Assembly: GCF_006345805.1 (NCBI RefSeq)
Contig: NC_043000.1
Coordinates: forward strand, 10,478,001 to 10,542,000
Length of the DNA stretch: 64,000 nucleotides
DNA from: Octopus sinensis
Lineage: Eukaryota
Reading direction: 5' to 3'
The translations under genes and the position numbers were made by a program. Positions within the stretch are counted from its first letter, which is position 1. Each line of letters opens with the position of its first letter. This document shows, piece after piece, positions 1-14,200 of this stretch. The notes under the pieces are model-generated. The model was not told the origin of the DNA and did no database searches. It worked only from the letters and a program-made list of their open reading frames with translations.

Positions 1-171
1 TCCCAACCATGTGGCTGGGTTCGGTCCTACTGTGTGGCACCTTGGGCTAGTGTCTTATACTATAGCCCCAGATATATCAAAGCCTTGTGAGTGGATTTGG
101 TAGACAGAAACTATAAGAAACCCAATGTGTGTGTATGTGTATGTATGCGTTCATACATACAAATAGATATA

Positions 172-684
172 CTGTAAATCCTCGAGTATAATCTGCACTT
201 TTTTTCCAAAATTTAAAGGTCAAAATCCAAAATCCCTAGTGCGTACTATATGCGAGGTTAAAAATGAAAATTATTTTCTAAGTAATGTCCGCGTCTCTTA
301 TTTGCTGTCTGGCAGTGTTTATTCAGACACATTTTGTGATGTTGGGTGCAAAAATACCTTAAGCTAAGCCTGAAAGCAATGAAGTCATAAAAGAATCATC
401 CATAACTTGCAGTAAGCAACATTTACTAAAATAAAAGTATTCAGAACACAGAATAACATGTAACAAAAACAATTTGCAAACATATTTACATTCCCATATA
501 ACAGTTAAGAACATAACCATTATTGTATTACACATGCGTGGAAGTGTTTGTTCGACTAGGTGCTGCTGGCTTAATTACGCACGTCTCAAGTTAGAGAAGG
601 GGTGCGTATTATGCACAAGGTTTAGCTTTTTCAGAAGTACAGCCCCCTAAAAATCCCCTGCGTATTATACTCAAGGATTTACAG
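172..684. mobile_element. Tc1/mariner- or pogo-type MITE
   Basis: TIRs CTGTAAATCCTCGAGTATAAT / ATTATACTCAAGGATTTACAG, flanked by TA on both sides. Confidence 0.8.
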
Positions 685-885
685 TATGTATATTTGTCAA
701 CAGAGTTGGTATATTATAGTGTGTTCTATCATGTTAGCAGTGCTATTAAATCACCTTTTAAGGTTATCTTTACAGATTTTTCTATAGAAACTATAGCCAT
801 CACTGATTTGTTAGTGTTTCATATCTGAATACATCTAATGTAAACAACAATGCAATTGAAGTTAGGAAAATAGGTAATGGGTGTA

Positions 886-1268
886 TACTCTTTTACTTGT
901 TTCAGTCATTTGACTGTAGCCATGCTGGAGCACCGCCTTTAGTCGAGGAAATCGACCCCAGGACTTATTCTTTGTAAGCCTAGTACTTATTCTATCGGTC
1001 TCTTTTGCCAAACCGCTAATTTATGGGGACGTAAACACACCAGCATCGGTTGTCAAGCGATGTTGGGGGACAAACACATACACACACATATATATACATA
1101 TATACGACGGGCTTCTTTAAGTTTCCGTTTACCAAATCCACTCACAAGGCTTTGGTCGGCCCGAGGCTATAGCAGAAGACACTTGCCCAAGGTGCCATGC
1201 AGTGGGACTGAACCTGGAACCATGAGGTTCATAAGCAAGCTACTTACCACACAGCCACTCCTACACCT
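886..1268 (-). mobile_element. tRNA-derived CORE-like SINE (family A), full length
   Basis: Same family as 26054-26432. Other copies lie at about 1-160, 1630-1795, 3700-3870, 13085-13250, 13700-14300, 21405-21800, 22465-23120, 34955-35330, 36915-37140 and 38125-38290. Confidence 0.85.
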
Positions 1269-1862
1269 ATGTATATGCATATTTCAGGAGTTCTTGCTCC
1301 GTCTTCAGTACCACATCCAACCCATTAACCATCCACAGAATCATTGCTTAAACAGCTACTAAATATAGCAGTTACACCCCCATTACCTATTGTTCCACCT
1401 TCAGTTGCATTGTTTACATTAGACATATCTGGATACAAAATATCGTAACAAATCAGTTGTAATTTCTATAGAAAATCTGTACAGCTAACCTTAATCAATG
1501 ATTTAACAGCACCACTAACACTGTAGGACACAGTATTGACTTAAAGTGTTTAATATACTTTGTAGTACAGTATTATAAACCTATTACTTTAATACATCCA
1601 CTCTGTTGACACATATAAGAGTACCTATTTGTATGTATACACACACATGCACATATATACATTGGGTCCCTTTCAGTTTTTGTCTACTAAATCCACTGAT
1701 AAGGGTTTGATATATCTGAGGCTATCATAGAAGACACCAGCCCAAGGTACCAAGTAGTAGGGCTGATCCCAACTATATGGTTGGGAAGTGAACATGCATG
1801 CATCAAAGAATATGGTAGTATAGATCCATTATTTAAATACACCCATTCTGTTGAGAAATATA

Positions 1863-3160
1863 TCAGGTCATCCCATAAGTTCTGTCAAGTCATCCCATAA
1901 GTTCTTTCTGAATTTTGAATAAAGAAAACAAGTGATCAAATATTATATTTAATTGAAATTTAATCATCAATGTACTTTCCCTGATTATCTATGACTTCCT
2001 TCCATCAATTTACAAGCTTTTTAATCCCATCAATGTAAAACTCTTTTGGTTTCAAAGCAAAGAACTCTGAAATGTCAGTTTTGACTGCCTCCTGGCTTGC
2101 AAAAGTTATGTCCCCCAAATGATTCTGTAAACTATGAAACAAATGGTAGTCTGAAGGAGCAAGGTTGGGAGAATAAGGTGGATGAGGAATTTTTTCCCAA
2201 CCAAGCTCTTCGATCTTCTGTGATGTGATCTTTGCAATGTGAGGTCGCTCATTGTCCTGACGAAACATCACTCCTTTTTGATTCACTAAAGCAGGTCTTT
2301 TTTCCTTCAAAGCTTGGTTCAAATGCCCTAACTGCTGACAGTAGACTGGAGCATTGATTGTTGCATTAGGTGGTAACAATTCAAAGTGAATTACTCCTTT
2401 GCAATCCCATCTGATAGAGAGAACCTTTTTCCCATGAAATTCCCTTCTCGATTGTGGTTGAGCTTTTTCCCTTTTACCAAGTCACTGTTTATGACATTTA
2501 ATATTTCGATAGAAGACACATTTTTCGTCACCAGTCACAAATCTATCGAAAAAGGGTGAAATAAGTTCGCGAGAATGGAGAGAAGAGCAGATGTCAACTC
2601 GGGATTTGCGGTTGCTTTCGGACAATTCATGAGGCACCCATTTTCCAAGTTTAGGAACCGTTCAAGTTGTTGAAGACGATGATGAACAGTTATATGGTTT
2701 GAACTTAGCTTTATTGCCAATTCTTCGACTGATAATGCAGGATTTTTTTCAAGTAATGTCTCAAGGAGCTTATCATCAAACTCAACTGGACATCCTGTTC
2801 GATCTTTATCTTCAAGATTGAAATCTCCACTTTTTGATTTTGCAAACCATCTTCTACAAGTTCTTTCATTCAAGCATTCTTTCCCAGTGTATGTTTCGAG
2901 TCGCTTCGACTGCAGAGTTTCCTTTTTTGTACTCATGAAGCATTATGTGCCTCAAATGCTCTTTGGATACTTCCATGTTAGAAAGGGTTTTAATCAAGGA
3001 AATTTTAATTCTATTATTCTGTAAAATAATATTTAATTAGTTTAAATGTACACAAATGCATAATAGTAATTTTTAATTCCATTAGACATTCTAAAATACT
3101 ATTAAATTTAATTCTATTTTAAAAAAGGTAAAATCCGATAGAATTTATTGCATGACCTGA
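1863..3160 (-). mobile_element. Defective mariner (DD34D-type) transposon
   Basis: TA-flanked TIRs TCAGGTCATCCCATAAGTTC / GAATTTATTGCATGACCTGA. The broken transposase runs from ATG 2976 (MEVSKEHLRHIMLHEY) through QDNERPH and HPPYSPNLAPSDYHLF to about 1961, with frameshifts and stops. Confidence 0.9.
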
Positions 3161-3516
3161 TACAAGTACATGTTTTATCTGACTTATAGATTCATAGATG
3201 ACTGTGTGGGTCTGTATATGTATGCATGTTTTACTTTGTGCTTCCATGTCTTGACATTACACGTTAGTTGTAAACGAGTGTCACCATCATACAAGCAGTG
3301 TCTGTTATATTTCTAACATCTTTATATACTCAACTAGAACAGAATTTACAAAACATCAGTATCTATCTTTTACAGAACATAGAGCTCTGTTAAATCTTTA
3401 CAACTAATTTTCTACTGTGAAATAACCAATACAAATACTTATTTTGCTTGTAGTCAACTACAAACTGATGGTTTCAATCATGATTTCATTTTGTGAACAT
3501 TTATCTTGTTATTTAG

Positions 3517-3632
3517 ATTGTGAAAACACAGATATACCAATTGAACGAAGTGGACATCGAATTATTGTTACAGCCAACCACATATTTGTTATCGGTGGAT
3601 TTAACCCAACCTACTCAGAATTGTTTAATGAG
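3517..3632 (+). CDS. KLHDC10: KLHDC10 coding exon (first visible)
   Basis: ttag|AT..GAG|gtaaaa; encodes [38 protein letters not shown]. Confidence 0.9.
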
Positions 3633-3853
3633 GTAAAATAGAAGCAAGTAAAATGATTTATCATTGTTTTATATCGTTTAATTTAAACATTTAATAAGAG
3701 AGTGTATGTGTGACTGTCTGTTTAAGAAGATTGCTTCCCAACCACATTGCTTTTGGTTTGTTCCCACTGCATGGCAAGTGTCTTCTATTATAGCTCAGAG
3801 CTAATCAAAGCCTTCTGAGTGGATTTGGTTGCTGAAAACTGAAAGAAGCCCAT

Positions 3854-3911
<58 letters not shown>

Positions 3912-5072
3912 CATATGCATATATATAAACATATATGTACGTACCTACCTCTACATGTACATATACATGCATATATGAGTACAGGACACCAAAAAGACGT
4001 CGAACACAATGAGAAACGAAAACATAGACACAAACCCAAGGAACCGGACATTTTTTTAAACAACAAAAAAATAGAGTACAGGACAATTAACACAAAGAAA
4101 AAACCCTTCTTCAGTTGCTATGGTTTCATCTACTCATGTATTGGCTTATGTTTTTCACTGATTTGCCTAATAGTGGTTTTATCTCTAATTTAATATAATA
4201 TAATATAATGTATTTATACTATAAAATTGGATTTAATCCTAAATCTCATTTTTCCCTGTAAGTTTGGATTTATTCCCTAATATTATTATTATATATATAT
4301 TAAAATAAAATAATACGCCCTTTTAAAGCCTAGCCAGGCTCATGGGCTCGGTTTCAATGGTGTGTGTGTTCCCCAGCTGGATGGGACGCCAGTCCATCAC
4401 AGCGTTACTCATTTTTGCCAGCTGAGTGGACTGGAGCAATGCGAAATGAAGTGTTTTGCTCAAGAACACAACGCGTCGCCCGGTCCAGGAATCAAAACTA
4501 CAATCTTACAATCATGATGCTGACACCCTAACCACTAAGCCACGTGCCTCCACATATATATATATATAGAGTGGTAATATTTATCCCCACTTAAACATGG
4601 ATGTTCTGTTAGAACAGATTATACTGCAGTAGATACCATGAGAGAAACTCTGATATTGGCTTTCTTAGTTTGTTCTAACAGATCATCCACTAGGCTTTGG
4701 TTGGCCCAAGGCTATAGTAAAAGACACTTGGCCAAGGTGACACACAGTGGGACTGAACCTAGAGCCTTGTGGTTGGGAAGCAAGCTTCTTATTGCACAAC
4801 CATGCCTATATCTATATATATATATATTTCTTTATTGCCCACAAGGGGATAAACATAGAGGGGACAAACAAGGACAGACAAAGGGATTAAGTCGATTACA
4901 TCGACCCCAGTGTGTAATTGATACTTTATTTATCGACCCCGAAAGGATGAAAGGCAAAGTCAACCTCAGTGGAATTTGAACTCAGAACATAACAGCAGAA
5001 GAAATACCACTCACCATTTCGCCCGGCATGTTAACGTTTCTGCCAACTCGCCTTATATATATATATATATAT

Positions 5073-5104
<32 letters not shown>

Positions 5105-5133
5105 CATATACATATATATATATATACATATAC

Positions 5134-5164
<31 letters not shown>

Positions 5165-5165
5165 C

Positions 5166-5216
<51 letters not shown>

Positions 5217-8200
5217 GTGTGTGTGTTACCTTGTCTTGATAACATGCTGTAGTTGTAAAATGAGCATCACCATCACACATGTGGTGTCCTTAATTTTTAA
5301 TCTTCCATAGAAACATGTTGAGCCACAGGGAAATATTACCAAGAAAAATTTCAATTGGCCAAATTACATATGGATGGAAGGAAATTATTTTTGATATAAC
5401 ATGTTAAATTACTAACAGCAGAAAAAAGATTAAAAAAAATTACATTATAAAATCTAGTTAGATGGCACTTTTGCTCTCCATGTTCTGGGTACCATGGAAC
5501 ATGACTTACTCTCAGTTCACATAAACATATATTATTATCATCATTTTAATGTCCACTGTCCTGCTGACAGAATTTGTTGGGGCAGATTTTCTGCAGATAG
5601 ATGCCCTTCATGTTGCTAACCCTCCAACAGCTATGGGAAGATATTACCTTGCTTGGAAATAGGAGAGGGTTAAAGAGGGGAGGGCCATCTGACCTTAAAA
5701 AATCTGCTTCAACAGATTCCATTTGACTCATGCAAGCATAGTCAAGTGGATGCTAATTGATGATAATGATGGTGATGAATAGCTTTGAGAGCTGCATTAT
5801 GGCCACCTTTGCTACAGATCATTTGTAAAAGATAGAATGCAGTTTTCTTTTCTATCTAAATTATGCTTTTTATTCTGATTTTGTAATTAATGGTGTAGAT
5901 TATAAATTCTTTTCTTTAGTCAAGGTTTTTTTTTTTTTTCTCTCTTTCGAAACTTTGTATAATTTCTTCATACATCTGAAATATTTTTTTCTATTTTCAC
6001 AGGTTTGGTCCTTCAACATATCAACAAATGTTTGGACAAAGTTAAAAACAACAGGCCCAGCACCAACGCAGGTTGCTTCTCATTCAAGTAAGTCAAACAA
6101 TAGCATTTTGGAAATCATCTGCCTTTATTTTATATTTGTTTCTATGTTAAAATCACCTAAGAATTTAACTGCTTTGTCTTTGAGCCTGTTTGCAACAATT
6201 GGCAAATCACCCTCAAATCAGTGTTTAGAAATTAAAAAATGAACACAGTAAGCAATATACAAAAAGGCAGGATGGTTTTAGCTGGAATGTTTTTGATTCT
6301 AGATCTACTTAATCAGCCCTGGCCTGGTGCTAAACAACAACTGCTGACATTGTATCTTTAATAATAAAACTCAGTGAATATTTTATTGGATTAAAATGTC
6401 CAGCCATTTATATAATCTTATAGTGGCTATATATATATGTATGCATAATTGTCATCACCATTTAACATCTGTTTCCCATGCTAGCATGATGAGTGGGATG
6501 TTTTAACTGGAGGTTGCAAGCCAGAGGACGGCACCAAGCTCCAGAATCTGCTCTGGCATGGTTTTTATGACTGGATGCCCTTCCTAATACCAACCACTTT
6601 ACAGAGTGTACGGGGTGCATTTTACATAGCACCAACACCTGTGAGGTCACCAAGTAACATGCACAACAAAACCCTTCAACTGAGGTGGGATTTAATATTA
6701 AGGGAGATGGCTTGGTGCCTGGTGATGAGAAGTTAAAATATGATGGAAGGGAAGAAGCATGTGTCAAGCAATAGAAAAAGCAGAGAGAGGAGACAGTGTA
6801 ATTGCGGGTCAGAGATTGTAGGGTATCTGAGACTGACTTTATGTCCTTCAGCCTCCATTCTGGGAAGAGGGTGTTTTCAAGTTAAAGGAAAGATGGAGAC
6901 GCATTGTGCAACAAAATGGTTCATATTTGGTTGATTAAAAATGTAATGGCAAGTATTTATTGACCTCTTTCTTTCCTTTAAAAATCGGCACAAACTTTCC
7001 GGACAACCCAATATATGTGTGTGTGTGTGTATCTGATAATTGTGATACATCTACATGTGTGTAGGTGTGTGTTTTTGAAGATTTATATGTATCATCATCA
7101 TCATCGTTTAACACCCAATTTCTATGCTGGCATGGGTTGGACAGTTTGACATGGCAAAGCTGTCCTGACTCCAATTCTCTGTTGTGGCAAGGCTTCTACA
7201 GCTGAATGCCCTTCCTAATGCCAGCCACTTAACAGGGTGTACCAGGTGCTTTTAACATGCCACCAGCACAAATGTGTTTACACAGCACCGGCACAGGTGC
7301 TTTTTAAGTGGCACCAGCACCTATATATTTATGTATGTATACTCTTTCTTTCTTTCTTTCTTTCGATAATGATATTAATGAAATCAAACCAAAAAGTGAT
7401 ATTTTGAAATAATTTTATATGTACATTTCTGGTCTGTGTAATATATGTTAGTTAGTTAATTTTTTGGCTCAAAAAGCAAAAAGCAAGGCCATGTAAGGGG
7501 ACATGGAGTTATGTACAGGGTGGTGTTCATGTAAAGAGTTCAGGCCACTTGAGGTCAAGGGAGACTTTGAACCGAGCGGTCGTCGGCATCTTCACCATCT
7601 CGTCTGGTAGCTTATTCCACGGATCCGCAACCCAGACGGAGAAAGCCCCTCTCCTTCGATTGAGATGAAATCGTCGCAGATAGAGCTTTTCGGAATGACC
7701 CCGCAGCCGACGCTCTGGAGCAGGAGTGAAGAACAGCTCTTTCGAGAGGTTACACTTTCCGCTTATGATGTTGTGAGCAAGAATGAGATCTCCACGGCGT
7801 CGTCGTTTTTCTAGAGAATAAAGGTCGAGCATCTTCAGCCTTTCTTCATAAGACAAATTCTTGAGACCAAGAACCATGCGGGTAGCCAGCTTCTGGACTC
7901 TTTCGAGATGCTGTATGTCTTTGAGGAGATAAGGAGAAGAGGCTTGAATCCCGTACTCCAATATGGGTCTCACCAGCGTGACATAGAGCGGTAGGAATAT
8001 GGCTGCTGTGAGCATTCTGAATGACAGTAATGCATTTATAATGTAAGACCACTAAATATGTATGTGTATGTGTGTATCCATGAATTGTATGAGTTAATTT
8101 TCTTATATTAAATTAACCCTTTTACTAAATGCATCCCTAAACAATGATGATCTGTTCTCGTTTAAGTGTGTCTTCTTGGAAACAGCATAATTGTGTTTGG

Positions 8201-11200
8201 TGGATCAGGCCTGCCATTTGGCATGAACAGTAGCAATGACATTTATCAACTCGATCTTCTCAAGCAAGAATGGCAACTTATTCCCTGCCAACCATTAAAT
8301 GGTGATGCTGCAAATTTCCCTTCAAAGAGATATGGACATGTAAGTCTTGTGTATAATTTCATTGTTTGGCCATTTGTTTAATGTCTGATTTTTCCATGCT
8401 TGAACGGGTTTGGTTGGAGAGTTACTGGATCTTTACCTTTTGACCTACAAATTTAAAAAATAATTTTTTTGTAACTAAACACTTTCAAACTTCAGACACT
8501 GGTAGAATGTGTCATATAAAACATGTTTTACTCTTAGCATTTTTGAGAAAAACTTATATTTACGAAGATATTTCACCTTAAATTTCTCATATTTCGGTAA
8601 TTTCAACCAATCAATGACGTGTATTCAGCTGAATAAAATTACTACTGTTGTTTGTCAACAAAAACTTCCGGCGGTGTATTTTTCGTTTGTCACTGTTGTT
8701 TATGACAACCCTAACCCTAACACCTTAAAACCAGTACAAACGCACAAATGATGTCATAAATAACAGTGACAAACGAAAAATACACTGCCGATAGTTGTTG
8801 TTGAGAAACAACAGCAGTGATTTTATTCAGCTGAATACACGTCATTGATTGGTTGAAATTGCCAAAATATGAGAACTTTAAGGTGAAATATCTTCGTAAA
8901 TACAAGTTTTTCTCAAAAATGCTAAGAGTAAAAGATGTTTTTTATGACACATTCTACCAGTGTCTGAAGTTTGAAAGTGTTTAGTTACAAAAAATTATTT
9001 TTTAAATCTGTAGGTCAAAAGGTAAAGGTCCGAGTTACTTGCGGAGCAGGATTTTACAGTTGAATGTTCTTGTTGTCAACCCTCACCTGCTTTGCCAGCA
9101 TGGTCACAGTCCAATAACTAAAACAAGTGAAAGATATTGTAAGGTTCTGAAATTTTGAGTTTGGGATATTCTTATTGTCTTCTGTATATCTGATAGGAGG
9201 AAAGAGTTGACAGCATGATCTACTTGACAAGTTCATCTTGCATTTTGTATTTCTATTGTGTAATTGTGTTATACAATCGTGCTATACAAATATGAAGGCG
9301 GCGAGCTGGCAGAAACGTTAGCACGCGGGGCGAAATGCGTAGCTGTATTTCGTCTGCTGTTACGTTCTGAGTTCAAATTCCGCCAAGGTCAACTTTGCCC
9401 TTCATCCTTTCAGGATCGATTAAATAAGTACCAGTTATGCACTGGGTCGATATAATCAACTTGATCCGTTTGACTCTCCTTGTTGGTCCCCTCTGTGTTT
9501 AGCCCCTTGTGGGTAGTAAAGAAATAGCTATACAAATCTGTGTTATATAATTGTTTGTCTTTTTTTCCAGACTATGCATCCAATTGACAATTACATATAC
9601 ATCTGTGGTGGTACAGAAGGTACAATTTACATGTTGGATCTTTACCGTCTTGAACTTAACACAAAATCTTGGGAATATATTGAATGTAAAAACCCGCCAG
9701 AACCAAGGTCAGATATTGATCTTCTGTACAGTTTTGTATTTATGTTGGTTTTACTGAACAATTACTTTATTGCTAAATTCATTAAATGGCCATTTTTTTT
9801 TTTGTGCAATTTAACCAGGCTATCAACATGTTGTTGGCTTAACTTTACAATTACTCTTTTCTCGATTTATGCTAATTTCAGTTGTTGATCATCAGTTCTC
9901 CTTAAACATCATTTTCATTGTTGACTGTAACAGCTATAATAATAATAATAAAAATAATAATAATAACAGTTTCAAATTTTGGCGCAAGACCAGAGATTCC
10001 AGGGAAGGTGGCGGGTAAGTCAATTATACAGATGAAATGCCACTAAGCATTTTGCCTGGCATTGTAACAATTCTGCCAGCTTGCGATAAATGATAATGAT
10101 AACAACAATAGTAATAACAATAATAATTATAGAAATAATAATTAATAACGATTTCTTTATTATCTATATACCACAAGGACAATGGATGAGGGCCATTGCA
10201 AGGGAAAAGAACTACTGAAATAATAGAGGTTTACATAGAAAGGACAGCTACCTAAAGCCAATCAAAGAGACCCACAGACCTAGGATTACTCTTACTACAA
10301 ATTTAAACTGCTCTTTCTCTCAGCTGTATTCTCTAGCCTATAGCCAGATGCTAAGAGTAAGCTTATTCCTCTGAGCCATACTTGTTACTATCATCCACTT
10401 TCCAACAAATTTACAGTAGGGCAGTACCTCTCTCTTTACCATAACCTTTCTCCACATGGTTCTTGAAGACATTCATGACAGCTCAGTCAAAGAGGAACAT
10501 CTCAGTCTTCAGTCCTTTCAGTTTTGTCCTGCATACAATGTTTTTTGCCGCAGTCACAAATCATAGAAAACTATCTACCCTTCTTGATCAAAGGAAAGTG
10601 GAAGGGTGATCTTCATTTTTGACTCAGCTGCTAGCCAGATATGTCCTACGCATAACAACACCTGCTCAACATAACTCCTTAACTTTGCATTATTTGGACA
10701 CTTATAAAGTGCATGCAACTATTTTCTTGCTCTATATGCATCTCAAACAGGTCTGGCTGATAACACTATTGCACCTATAGAGTTAATCCTGAACAGGCAA
10801 TATCACCCCTTTCAACAGCCAAATTAGTGATTTCTAGAAGTTCTCTATAGTCTTCAAGTTGAAAGTTCTTCAGATTAGATTGTTCAGTTGATTTTAGCAT
10901 GTCCAATGTTTTCCTAAGAATGTTGTTTTTGTCCATTACTGATTCATCATCATCATCGTTTAACGTCCGTTTTTCGTGCTAGCATGGGTTGGACGGTTCG
11001 ACCGGGATCTAGGAAGCCAGGAGGCTGCACCAGGCTCCAGTCTGATCTGGCAGTGTTTTTACAGCTGGATACCCTTCCTAATGCCAACCACTCCGTGAGT
11101 GTAGTGGGTGCTTTTTACGTGCCACCAGCACAGGGGCCAAATGAGGCTGGCAAATGGCCACGATCAGTTGGTGCTTTTACATGTCACCGACATGGACGCC

Positions 11201-14200
11201 AGTCAGGCGGCGCTGGCAACTACCACGTTCAGATGGTGCTTTTAACGTGTCACCAGCACAGGTATCTTAACTACAATTTCCATTTGATTAATTCAAGAGT
11301 TAACATACCACCTGCTGAATTTCCAAAATGATGGAGAAATGTGAGTGCCTAAATTACATTCTAGTACCAGATACTCAAGCTTGGTTTTCACTTGACCCAG
11401 GAATGCAGCTCTATCAAAAGATAAACAGTAGAAAAATGTGACTTACAAATGGCAACCATGCCTCACTGTCCGGCAATCTTTGTAGATGCAGCACCTTTAG
11501 CTCATGTTTGTGCATTATTAACCAACCACAATAATAATAATTGTTTCTAATTTAGACACACAATCAGCAGTTTTGAGAAGTGAGGGCTGATCAATAGTAT
11601 TGACCCCAGTACTTGACTGGTACTTCATTTTATAGACCCCAGAATGATGGAAAACAAAATTGACCTTATGAAAATTTGAACTCAGAATGTAAAGAATCAA
11701 AACAACTACCTCAAGGTATTTTGACTGATGCCCTAACAATTGTGCCAATTCTCTTTCCATTCATTTTTTCCAGTTGTAAGTGGAAAAGATTTTGTTAGGG
11801 TAATGATGTTTAAAGTTCTATCAATTTGCATTAAATTGCAATAGGATTTCATCACCTCTACAATATTTCACTTACACAACACTGCACTAAGTTACTATGA
11901 TCAGTCCTTTATCCTTTGCACAGCAACATTAGTGATGCTTGTTTAGTCAAGGGTCCACAGCAAAACCCAAAGTCTTAGTAAGTAGGAAAGCAGACAAATC
12001 ACAAATCTCTTCAAATAGATGTCCCTGCTCATTCTGTAGAAAAGGCATAGGTAATAACTCCTTAAGATGTACCTGGTGTAAGCTATGGACACATAAGAGG
12101 TGCAGCAATATCAGAAGAAGGTTAACAGGGAAAATAGTTTTTGTGTGTGAAAGGTGCACAGGTACAATTAATACCAAAATGTACAGAAAATAGACTCCAT
12201 CAAATGCCAGGTGGGAAAACTAATAGTTGATAGCTTCCGTTACCTAAGTGACCAAGTCAGAAGTGGAGGTAGATACTCTGAGAATGTAGCTGCTTGAATA
12301 AGAATAGGCTGGGCAAAGTTCAGAGAGCTCCTACTCCTGTTGGTAACAAAGGACCTTTCCCACAGAGTGAAAGGCAGATTGTACAGATGCCTGTATGCGA
12401 ACAGCTATGCTCCATGGCAGTGAAACATGGGCTGTGATCGCCAAGGACATGCAAAGGCTTGAAAGAAATGAAGCTCGTGTGCTTCGCTGGCTGTACAATG
12501 TCAGTGTGCATGCACAATAGAGTGTAAGCGTCTTCAGATAAAAATTGGTCATGTGATGCGATTGGACGAGGACAGCTGTGTAAAGAAGTGCTGATCTCTA
12601 ATGGTGGAGGGTAGACCCAGGAAGACATGGGATGAAGTGGTAAAGTGTGACCTTCAAACATTGGACCTCACAGAGGCAATGACTAGCAAATGAGACATTT
12701 GGCAATATGCTGTGCTTGAGAAGACCTGTCAAGCCAAGTGAAATTGTAATCGTGGCCAATGCCAGTGTCCTGTAACTGGCTCATAAAAAGTACCCCTTTG
12801 AACTTTGGATCTCACTGAGGTAGTGACAAGTGACCATGACTTTTGGCAATGTACTGTGCTTGAGAAGACCTGTCAAGCGAAGTGAGATTGCAGTAGTGAC
12901 CAATGCAGGTGTTTCATAACAGGCACCCATGCTGGTGGCACATAAAAAGCACCCACTACACTCTTGGAGTGGTTGGCATTATGAAGGGCATCCAGCTGTA
13001 GAAACCAACTTACCAGTTTTCAGTCAAACCGTCCAACCCATGCCAGCATGGAAAACAGACGTTAAATGATGATGATGATGATATGTGATAGGCTTCTCTT
13101 AGTTTCCGTCTGCTAAATCCACTCACAATGCTTTGGTTGACCCAGATCTATAGTAGCAGACACTTACCCAATGTACTGTGCAATAGGACTGAACCTGAGA
13201 CCACATGTTTGGGAAGTAAGTTTCTTAACCACACAGCCATGCCTGCTTCTAAATTGCTTCTGTTTTTTACTGAGAATATCACTGATTGTAACCGTTTTAC
13301 TACTGAATATTAATGACTGAATCTTACTTATTTTTATTTATTATATTTGATGAAATTCATTTGTCTGGTGAAGGAGCTGAAATCAATTAAATATGCCATG
13401 AATTTATTAATGACTGAATCTTACTTATTTTTATTTATTATATTTGATGAAATTCATTTGTCTGGTAAAGGAGCTGAAATCAATTAAATATGCCATGAAT
13501 TTTTTAACATGAAATTTTATATACATATTTTAAAAAAATCTTTTCATGTTTACATTGTAGATACCGGCATGAAACTGTAGTTGAGAGCAAAAAATTATAT
13601 ATTTTTGGAGGAGGTACCAATTTTTCTGTTTTTGATCTGATTAAGGTAATAGTTAAAATTAATAAATTTTTCTCCCCTATTCATTTCAGCTTTTTTTTTT
13701 ATTTCATTCATTGGATATACTGGGGCATTGCCTTGAAAGGTCTTTAATCAAACAAATCAACCCCAGTTCTTATGGGTTTTTTTTTTTCAAATCTGGTACT
13801 TGTTCTGTCAGTCTCTTTTGCTACAGAGTTGTAAACAAACCAGCCCTGGTTGTCAAGCAGTGGGAGATGGTCGCATACACACAAACACACACACAATGAT
13901 AGATTTCTGCACTGTTTCTTATTTCTTTACTGCCCACAAGGGGCTACACACAGAGGGGACAAATCAGGACAGACAAACGGATTAAGTCGATTATATCGAC
14001 CCCAGTGTGTAACTGGTACTTATTTAATCGACCTCGAAAGAATGAAAGGCAAAGTTGATCTCGGCAGAATTAGAACGCAGAACGTAGCAGCAGACGAAAT
14101 ACCACTAAGCATTTCGGCCGATGTGCTAACGTTTCTGCCAGCTTGCCGCCTTGTTTTCAGTGATTTCTGCACCGTTTCTTTCTACCAGATTCACTCACAT

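Noticed and set aside
4976-5280. YI/HT/CV-rich ORFs here and at 30546-30785, 35951-36506, 39041-39509 and 56003-56272
   Set aside because: They are translations of (TA)n/(CA)n microsatellites, which lack stop codons
8708-8722. Telomeric repeat as a chromosome-fusion scar
   Set aside because: Only about 2.5 units, internal to a TSD-flanked transposon
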